Below, in pieces: positions 54,882 to 64,000 of a stretch of 64,000 nucleotides of DNA (its first letter is position 1; each line of letters opens with the position of its first letter). The position numbers were made by a program, and so were the translations under genes. A model generated the notes under the pieces. It saw only the letters and a program-made list of their open reading frames with translations. It did no database searches and was not told where the DNA came from. Where the stretch lies: positions 42,532,001-42,596,000 of the forward strand of contig JBITNC010000001.1 in assembly GCA_050084985.1 (NCBI GenBank), written 5' to 3'. Source of the DNA: Nageia nagi (Eukaryota; Plantae; Pinophyta).

Positions 54882-57800
54882 TGTAATGCAACCACTTATT
54901 CTCATCAACCAAAACCCTAAATTTCAGATCTATTTTTTTTAAATTAGTTTAACATTTGAATGATCTAGGAATGAACCGGGCGATCCCACATGAGTTTAAT
55001 AATGTTGCTAGCTATTTCAACACTCACATGGCAAGATTGGTCAAGAACTCGGGGTAACCAACCCTAATAAAATTTCTTGGTGTTCACTCCTCAACACTCA
55101 CCCTGTTGAGAAGACGCCTCAAAAGTCACCTCACCATTCCTATTCCATGTCTTGTGTGCAATAGGCTTTCTGGTAATGGCGTAGTGGTTTTCTACTCGGG
55201 GCCCATACCACTTGAGAGATCGCACTTCCACTAAGTTAACATCAATACCTGATGATAACTCTCCATATCATAGGAGCAAATAGCTTATCGTAGGCAAGCT
55301 TCCATATGACTGGGTAGTGTTGGCTATGGAACAATCATCATACCCCTATCTGCTAACGACAAGTGGTATGACTACTAGTTACCCTCACCCGGTAATAGTA
55401 GTTTTTTCGATTTCTATCCCCACTTGACACACTTGTGGGAGGATATGGATCCTAGCCTGCCCATAACTATCGTCTAGGCCCAACATGGGTCCAGCATCCC
55501 TTGCCCATAACTTGGAGAGCCATGGATATTAAACAATATCCTCAAATGGTTGTTTAGTCTAACTTATTATTAATTGTGTTGACGAACAAAATCACCCATG
55601 ATCTAAAAATGATCAAATATGATTTCAATCAAGGATAATGGTACAAGACACCATGCATAATAATTAACTTTAAGACACTTGACATATGAGCTGAGTTCTA
55701 ACCTCAGTTTAGCACTATTCATCTTTGCTTATGAGGCATACATGGGAAGTCTTGGTTATAGGCTTGCTTAAGAAGTCACGTAATTTTATTTATCCCATAC
55801 ACATTGTATCATGTATATGGGTCTACATTTTAAGAGTCCTCATGCATACGTAAAGTAACAAGTCGTGAGGTAGGGTCCTTGTCGCTATTGTTACAAAGGT
55901 AATGTGGCACGAAGTGGTCCTTATGCAAGGAATATTCTTTTTGTTTGTCATCTAGCAGTGTAGGTTTACTTGGCGAAGGTTCTCCACCGTTTTTCTTGCA
56001 TTATTATATCCATGCCAAAAGTTCTTTTGGGTTGGAATATTCTTTCAAAATTCTTCGTGGTCCTTAGCCAATATACGGTGTAATCTAAGTTAGGTTTTAT
56101 TTCTTTAACTATGATTATTGCCTTATTATTTTAAAACTCCCAAACTTTTCCAAAAAGGATCCTAAATAATCCCATTTATTCCCATTGAGTCCCATTTGTA
56201 CCCATTTTGATTTCGAGAGTCCTTAAAGTTTCCCAAGTGCTTCCAAATTGTCTTTTGGAACTCTAATTTGAATTTAGGATTGTTTCTAATTCATTGAGTT
56301 AATTTTGGGTTTATTGAACTTTTCTATCTCTATACTTGCCACTATTACTAACATATAATTAATAACTTACCTATTAAGAACCAATATATTTGATCACAAC
56401 AAACCTTTTCCTTTGATCAAGTCTAGTTCTAAGCGAAGAAGCATAAAGCATTTAGTTTCATGCTATTTACTTCAAAGAAATACAAGGCTTCATAATTTTT
56501 ATCGACCCTTATCAATTTGTAATCCCATTTCATGTAAAAACAAATATCAATTTCTACTCCTAGTCATGTAATCATTATTAGTCATAACATTAAACAAGTA
56601 TAATGCCATTTGCAATAAAGAGGAAGCTAATTCAAGTACAATACTAATAATTTACATACTAAAACTGAGTCATTGAAGTATAAACGCATCTATGTTTCAA
56701 GGTATACAAAATGAAACAATCTCTTTATATATATCTATGTTAATACAATAATCTTGATCAATTACAAAAAGGTTAAATATACATTCGTCTATATCTAAGT
56801 TAATGATATTTACAAAGCTTCCATACTCTAATTACAAATGATTACAAAGGATCATAATACATCATTACTTGTAAAATAAATGTAATACAGTAAAGCACAT
56901 CATATCATCTCAATAGCTTAGTACGTCATCTTATTGTGAAACACCTCCATCGATCTTCGAGCATCAAGCACCTTCATAGACCTTTGGTGTGTGGTCGAGT
57001 ACTAGGAGGGAGGAGGATCAAGACACCCCTTTTTAATTGACCATGATACAAAAAAATTACATGATTTCTAACTCTTAGACCTTAGAAGGATTTTAGGTCC
57101 TTTTCAAACTACCTCCTTTCCTTGGTCGTATATTTAATAATCCATCTTATATGAAGTCGATAACTAACATTAATCCATTTTGACTATTAATCCATTATGT
57201 TATTGCCTACTATGATCGTGCATACCATGACAATCATACTTGATATCTTTAAATTTTATTAGACATAATAACCAAGTAATTAATACAAGACTCAAGTCGA
57301 CATCAAATTAGTTGAGGATGCAAATTCTCATTATTACCACATTAATTAATCAGTCCATTAAGTTTTAGAAAGCTAATATTCTATTTCATATATGCAAGCC
57401 TAAGAAATTTGTCTATTAATATCTTAGATTACCTTCCTTATTACAACCTTCTTTAATCAACATTAAATCCTTCATTCCCTTAAACTTTCTCTCTCCATTA
57501 CTTGTTTTAGCATAGATAAACTTAATAAAGTATCTACCATAATCTATTGTGTCCTCAAGTCAGCGTTTTAAACTTATTTACCTGTGAATGCTTTCACGTT
57601 AATAAATCATACAATATATTTAAAAGCACCTTCATGGTCGCTTATTGGACTTTACTGCCTTCAATACTATCAAAACTGTGGTGATTCTACAAGTACGAAC
57701 TATGTTCTAGAATAAACATTTTTTTTTATATAAAAGAATGGATTCTGTCTCAATTTCAATTTCAAGGTTCTGTTGCACAGCGTGAAGGAGTTCAAGCAAA

Positions 57801-60041
57801 ATATGTGAAGTGATATAATTGTATAAGGCTACGTTGGCAGAATAACTCGACGCTTCTTATACCAAGATGTAATTTACTCCAATTATGTTTTATTTGGATT
57901 ATTCTGCTGTTCGAGGGAACCATACAGAGCCGACTACTCAGGGCGCCTTCCAAAATTACAATTTCATTTGTGAGGGGTTCATGCTAAATGAGGGAGAGCA
58001 TCAATAGATGTAACGCCTTCCAGCAGATCATTCAAAGCCAGTGTTTATAGATTTCTAATACTATACGCCCTCGAAGGAGTTCGCAGAGGAAAGTAGTAAC
58101 ATATCTCAGAGATATGTTTCAGATCTATAGACGCAGTGGAAGAACTCATGATATGGAAGACTCACAGGACCTTCATAAGGGCGCGTCTCCATATTTAATC
58201 AATCTCTGAAACTTCAATCTACAGCCTTCCATAGAGGCTCAGAGAAAACTAGAATAGGAAGGTGATAAGAAACTATGGTTCTGCAATGCACATAAATTTG
58301 GAGAATTTGATTAATGGCGAGGTATAGTTGTGGTAAGCGGAAGGTCGAATCCTACGCCCAACCCTCTTTCAGCAAGGCTATCGTGAGAGGAGATCAGATC
58401 CGCCATGAAAACAATAGGAATATAGTATAAAAACAATAGAAGCCAAGAGAAGGAATGATAACTAAGAGTAACAGATGATATCACGTGTGAATTCTTAAGA
58501 GATTCAGACAAAAATAAAAAAGAAGTAGAAACATCCGTGAGCCATGGTGATTAGTAAAATATTAAATCTTTCATGCTTTTTCGATGTACAAACCCAAAAG
58601 TAGGTAAGAAAAACAATAATTATTTTAGCCCTTTAGTTAAAGAATATTGTATCATTCCAATTTCAAAACAAATAACAACTTTCCAAATCAAGAGTAGACA
58701 AGAGTTAAATAGGGGCACCTTGCTTAAAGAAGGGAAAGAGAGAGAACTCTACTATTTCACGAGCTCCAAAATGAGAAGAGATAGCTTAATTATTTAGTGA
58801 TGGCTTATTTTTTTAGTAGTAGAAATTATGTGATTAGTCCCATCAAAATATGATAAAATACTTTTGTAGAAGAAAAATAATAAAAGAAAATTTCAATCAT
58901 TTACTTTTTAAAGAAAGGACATGGTATTAACCTTTACATACAATATATCAAACCATTATGTCTCTTCAAATAGTAAAAGATCTTTAACAACAATTAATTC
59001 TATGAAATTTTATCAAATATTATTTTCATACAACTCATCAAATACATCATAATAGGACTACTTTAACTAGGTATTAAAAAAAATAATGCATTTTAATTTA
59101 AAGAGATAAAAAAAACTTCATTTCTTCACATAACTTTACACTCAAGTTTGAGAATAATAAGAATGAAATAATAAGAGATAGGTAGGTTTCTCCTAATGTT
59201 CTACTCTTTTATTTATAACCAAGGAGGTTCATGTGTGTCCAAATGAACGTTTTCTCATACTTTTAATAATTTTTGGGGTAGTTTTGTTTAAAGTTGATAA
59301 TTGAAATGATATTAAAAACTTTGGAACTTTTTTATTAATTGACAAATTAATGCTAACTATTATCCATACCTAATATAAGAAAATAAAACTAAGTAAAGTC
59401 ATTACTTCATTATTTTTCTACCCATTAAATATCTTGTAATACCACAAGGTGACCTTAGTATTTTTTCTAATAGTGTTTTTACTATTAGCTCCATGTGGCA
59501 ATAGTATGGGCATTCATTTTAAATTTTTACCTCATTAAATTTATTTTTTCTAACCATTTGTAAATTTTTAAATTTAAGGAAGGTATACTTCTTTTTTTCC
59601 TTCCAATTCAAATTCGAATTTCAAAAACACAAAACAAAGGAGACACACCTTTATCTGTGACGTGCCTTATCTTGTAGAGTAAGATTTATCCACACATTTT
59701 TGTAAACATATTTTCAACAAGAAATCAGATAATCATAACAATTATTCTACATGCAACTACATGACTTATGATGGTCATAGGGTGTGTTAGCGAATCAACG
59801 TTAATCATTTCCTCCTTACCCTTCTGTTCCCGTTACCAATTCACTTTTGGTCTTTAGGATCATTGGATCATTTTTTTTCTTGTGACCTGTGTCAAAATAT
59901 CTTGAAGCTAGCATTAAATTATCACAAATGATACATATTCCCTTATTAAACTTATCATTACCATAGCATTATTCAAACATAATCCATTCAAAACCTCGAT
60001 GTTACTCGAAGTCAAATAGTGTTTTGAGGTGGGTCATGATA
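54882..60041 (-). mobile_element. Apparently complete ~5.1-kb 5' LTR, copy E, attached via the PBS to the gypsy gag-pol
   Basis: Minus-strand start TATCATGACCC (decayed TG) at 60041 and end CATTACA at 54882. TATA 59217-59210, anchors 58941-58923 and 57127-57112. Segments align with copies D, G and H. Confidence 0.7.
57550..58700 (-). other. PPR-snippet cassette inside LTR copy E
   Basis: Minus strand: LITM, MADLI, LQIYVHC, TIVSY, LIKYG 58202-58188, TTFLC, ICWKAL 58028-58011, VVGS, GSLE 57921-57910, LFCQ, SLIQL 57830-57816, TCRI and VLKA. Confidence 0.75.
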
Positions 60042-60499
60042 AAAAAGATCATGTTAATGGCTCAGCAAAATCAGTTAAAAATAGAAAATGAGACATCTCT
60101 TATCTAAAAGTGGGAATTTGAGGAGAAAATTTAAACTATTCAAGAAAAAGTATTGATGCATATTAGTACTTCTGTTAGGGAGATTGAATTTTGGAAAGAG
60201 CAAACCCATGAGTATGTGAAATTTGTAACCCAATTTGGAATAAAATTATCTCAAGATATGTTGATAAATCCTAATGGTGAAAGTTCAAGCTATGTCAAAA
60301 TTTCAATGTTAAGTTCTAAAAGGGAAGGATCCCTTAATGATGTATTTGTTGTTAATCCATTTGATTGTTAATAAATACATGGTGTTATATTTCTTCTTAG
60401 CAAATTATTATTTCTTGGAAAGAAATGCAAATAAAACTCTTTGTGGAGTTATGTGGGAGAACTTAATGATGATTTTCTTTGATCCAAATTAATAAGTAT

Positions 60500-63400
60500 G
60501 AACATTTTCTTCAAACTTGATCATATTAAAGATTACTATTTTTCCTTAGAAAAAGTGTATGAATTGAGATTTTTATGAAGATTAATTAATATTATGGTAA
60601 AATTTTATGCTTATTAGGTCAAAGTAAAAGACCTAACATACATATAACTAGAATGTTGTTAATCCCTCACATGTATAAGGGTGAGGTGAATATTTAATGA
60701 ACTTTCAAATAAGATAATTTAAATTGTTATAGGATAAAATTCATATGAATAAGAGATAATTATTTAATATTAACCTTTCTATTATATGGTAATTAAATAT
60801 CAATGAAGATCTATTTTGAAAAAAATTATGAATGAATTATTTTACATTAGAAAGTATGGATAAAAAAGGTAATTTCATAATTGATTTATATTTGTATTTA
60901 TATTTACACATGAAAAAATATTTATTTTGATGAATATTGTATAACAGTCTGAATTGAGATTGAACTTAAATACGTGATGAGAAAGTAGTTTACTTTATAA
61001 ACATATTTGAGTTTTCAAGATATAAAAACATGAGATCGAACCACTATGGATACTAACTGATAGATATAGAAAGGTTAGTTATCTTACTTTAGGAGAAGTG
61101 GTAGTAACTAATAAGTCTACGATATATCGAATGAAGATTTAAGATGTAGTCATTTCTTTATCATGAGTTAGTGAATGGAAATGATGGATATTCTAGGGTT
61201 GATGAGTTTTATCTATAGTTTTGTAGATGATAAACTCATACATGTAAGATCTTATTTTGGATTAGTGCCACTTTGGGTGATATGGAATCCAAGATGAATC
61301 CAAAACATAATGCTATGATCAAATTGGCATTCGTAATTGACGGCTTAACAGATAGAAATGGTGGGATCACATTTAGACATCTGATTTAATCCATGAAGGG
61401 TTATGGTGGTGAACACTATCAATGAAAGGGTTGTTCAATTTTGATAGTTGATCAACCTAACCCACTTGAGGGTCAACTTGCCATTGACACAAATGCAAGT
61501 TGGATCGTCTTCATGTCTCTTGATAACGTTGAATCCAATGTATTTTATTTCAATATTTTGGAATAAGAATTATTATTTCTATTTTATTAAATAATATGAT
61601 AAAATTGATGAGAAGGAACATAAAGGATTGTGTTATCCCTAATAGGGGAAGTATGTAATGACCCTATTATACTTGCTTCTTTGACCAATAGGTATGAATC
61701 TTTAATTATGATGATTGAGTTCTATATATATATACACCTAAGATTGATAATTTTTTTTAATTATGATATGAACTATAGGTGTTATCCCTGGGAGAAATGG
61801 AAAAAGATCCCATACTATCAAAACTAATCTTTTAATGACTTTAATAATTTGGATCGTCTAGGATTGTGAATCTCAACAAGTAAAATTGTGTAAAGACATT
61901 TATTGTGAATATTATTTTTCCTGATGAATTAATTAAATAGAAAAGGAAATTTTTAAATACTTATATTTTATTTTACATCAAGGTATTTTATTTTTATTTT
62001 CAATAATTTTAGATATTGGTGAAAACTATTTACTTTAAGGATGAGTTGGGAAAAATAATTAAGCTACTTTAGGACCTAAATATTATTTCCTTCCAAATAC
62101 CTCAAAATTTTATGTGATGAGTTGAAAAATTATTAAATTTATTTTATAATCTAATTAAAAGGAAAAAAATAACACCTAAAGGTATTAGATGAATATTCCA
62201 TTTCAAATTATTTAAAGCCCACATGAGGTGGTTCAAATTATCATAGTAAAAATTAATAGTAATTTGAGCCACTTCATGTGGGATTCAAATAATTTGAGGT
62301 GGAATATTTGTATAATACCCCTAGGCTTTATAATTATTATTTTTTCCTTTTGAACTATAGAGTAGGTTCAATAAATTTTAGAAACATCACATAAAATTCT
62401 AAGGTATTTGGGAGGAGGTAATATTTATACCCTAGGGTAGATTAACAATTATTTTTCCATCTCATTCCTAGATCAAACATTTTTCACCAATCCTTAAAAT
62501 GATACAAGATAAAAACAAACTAGGGTTCTAAAAATTTTCTTTGCAATTTAATTAATTCATCATGCAAAGTAATATTCACATTAAATATGTTAGCATAAAA
62601 TTTTAACTGTTAAGATTGACCATCTTGCAAGATCAAAACTTTAGAGTCATCATTAATCAAAGAGTTAATTTTAACAATATGGATCCTTTTCCATAACTCT
62701 TATATATACTTCCATTGTTTGTGATTTTTTAGCTTATCTTAAGGCCTGTAAATCATAGCATACTTAGAAATAACATTAATCTCAAGTATAAAAAAATAAC
62801 TAAATCATCATAACTAAGATTTAATACCTAATTGATTATAATAGGTATAACATGGTCATTACATACTACTCCCCTTAAGGATAATACAATCCTCTATGTT
62901 TTTTTTGTAATTTATCAAGTTACTTGAAAGGACGTATCTTGTATTAATATAGAAAAATATATTCTTATTCCAAAGCATTGGAATAACATATATCGGATTC
63001 AACATTATCAAGGGATATTAATATGATCCACCATGAGTCTATGTTAATGGTTAGTTGACCTTTAAGTCGGTTAGGTTTATTAACTACCGAAATTGATCAA
63101 CCCTTTTATTTCTAATGTTTGTTAACACAATCTTTTGCAAATTAGGTTAGATGCTTAAATATGATCCCACCATTTCTATCCACTAACCAATCAATTACAA
63201 ATACCAATTTGATCACATAATTAGGTTTTGGTTTTACCTTGGAGCCCATATCATCTAAGGTGGTTCTAATACAAAATAAGATCATACAACCCATATGATT
63301 TTATCATCCAAAAAACTATGGGTAAAGTACATCTCCAAAATAATCATAATTTTCAGTCATTGACATGTGATAAATAAATGATTGTAGTTTATATCCTCAC

Positions 63401-64000
63401 CTGATATAGCATAGATTTTTTAGTTACTATCCCTTCTCTTGGGATAAGATAACTAACATGTCCATATCCATTGATCAATATCCATAGTGGTATGAGATCC
63501 CATGCACATATTTTGAAAATTGAAATGTCTTTAGAAAGTAAACTACTTCCTCATCATGGTATTTCAGTTCAATCTCAATTTAGATTGTTATGCAATATTC
63601 ATTAAAATAAATATTTTCCATGAACTATATTCTCAAATAAATGCATAAACATAAATATATTTTTAAATCAATCATGAAATTACTTTTTTATGCATACTTT
63701 CTAATGTAGAATTATTCATTCAAATTCTTTTCATAACAGATCCTCACCCGATATTTAATTACCACATAATAGAAAGGGTTAACATTAAACAATTCTCCTT
63801 TATTTAGGTGAATTTTACCTTATAACCATTTAAAATATTATATTTGAAATTTCATTTAATAACCGTTTCACCCTTATACATGTGAAGGATTAATAACATT
63901 CTACTTATACGTATGCTAAGTCTTTTACTTTGACATAATATAATGACTTGCTTGATGATACCATTTGACCTCAAGCACTATTGAAGACGTAAATGAAATC
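60500..64000. repeat. Tail-to-tail inverted pair of gypsy 3' region + PPT + LTR start, centre ~62250
   Basis: PPT+TGTAATGACC at 61654 vs GGTCATTACA+PPT complement at 62854-62880. Innermost arms CCCACATGAGGTGGTTCAAATTA 62218-62240 and TAATTTGAGCCACTTCATGTGGG 62260-62282. Confidence 0.85.

Noticed and set aside
54982-54995. snRNA/telomerase-RNA USE (TCCCACAT)
   Set aside because: It lies in LTR U5, is not conserved in the other LTR copy (~50373), and has no correctly spaced TATA or downstream RNA gene.
57940-58235. Repeated GCCTTCCA read as TIR-domain WKAAL fragments
   Set aside because: The TIR reading needs several indels. The surrounding pieces fit PPR motifs (ICWKAL, LYGR, LIKYG) without them.
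58310-58410. miR482/2118-like sequence or precursor
   Set aside because: The match requires insertions and the region does not fold into a miRNA-type hairpin.
324-61827. The many remaining 60-110-aa ORFs in the track
   Set aside because: They are antisense or alternative frames of TE genes, or low-complexity AT-rich ORFs with no recognisable domain.

Overview
Very AT-rich, CpG-depleted plant nuclear DNA. The retroelement content looks gymnosperm-type; this and any closer taxonomic guess are inference. I find no intact host protein-coding gene. The window is a nest of decayed retroelements: a full-length Ty1/copia (9306-14732), a chromovirus-like Ty3/gypsy (gag-pol 51200-54870, ~5.1-kb 5' LTR 54882-60041), several more copies of that long LTR, L1- and RTE-type LINE fragments, a MITE and three large diverged inverted junctions. 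The main observation is that much of the apparently anonymous sequence is a mosaic of dozens of 12-30-nt, single-strand-oriented snippets. Each encodes a 4-9-residue piece of a host multigene-family motif, in scrambled order and shifting frames. Four copies of the long gypsy LTR carry such a cassette in the same slot just downstream of the LTR TATA box, and every cassette is different. Three are built from PLS-class PPR motifs and one from LRR-receptor-kinase motifs. Longer PPR-snippet arrays also occupy much of 7.2-30.8 kb. All motif calls were made by eye and boundaries are approximate unless a terminal motif is quoted.
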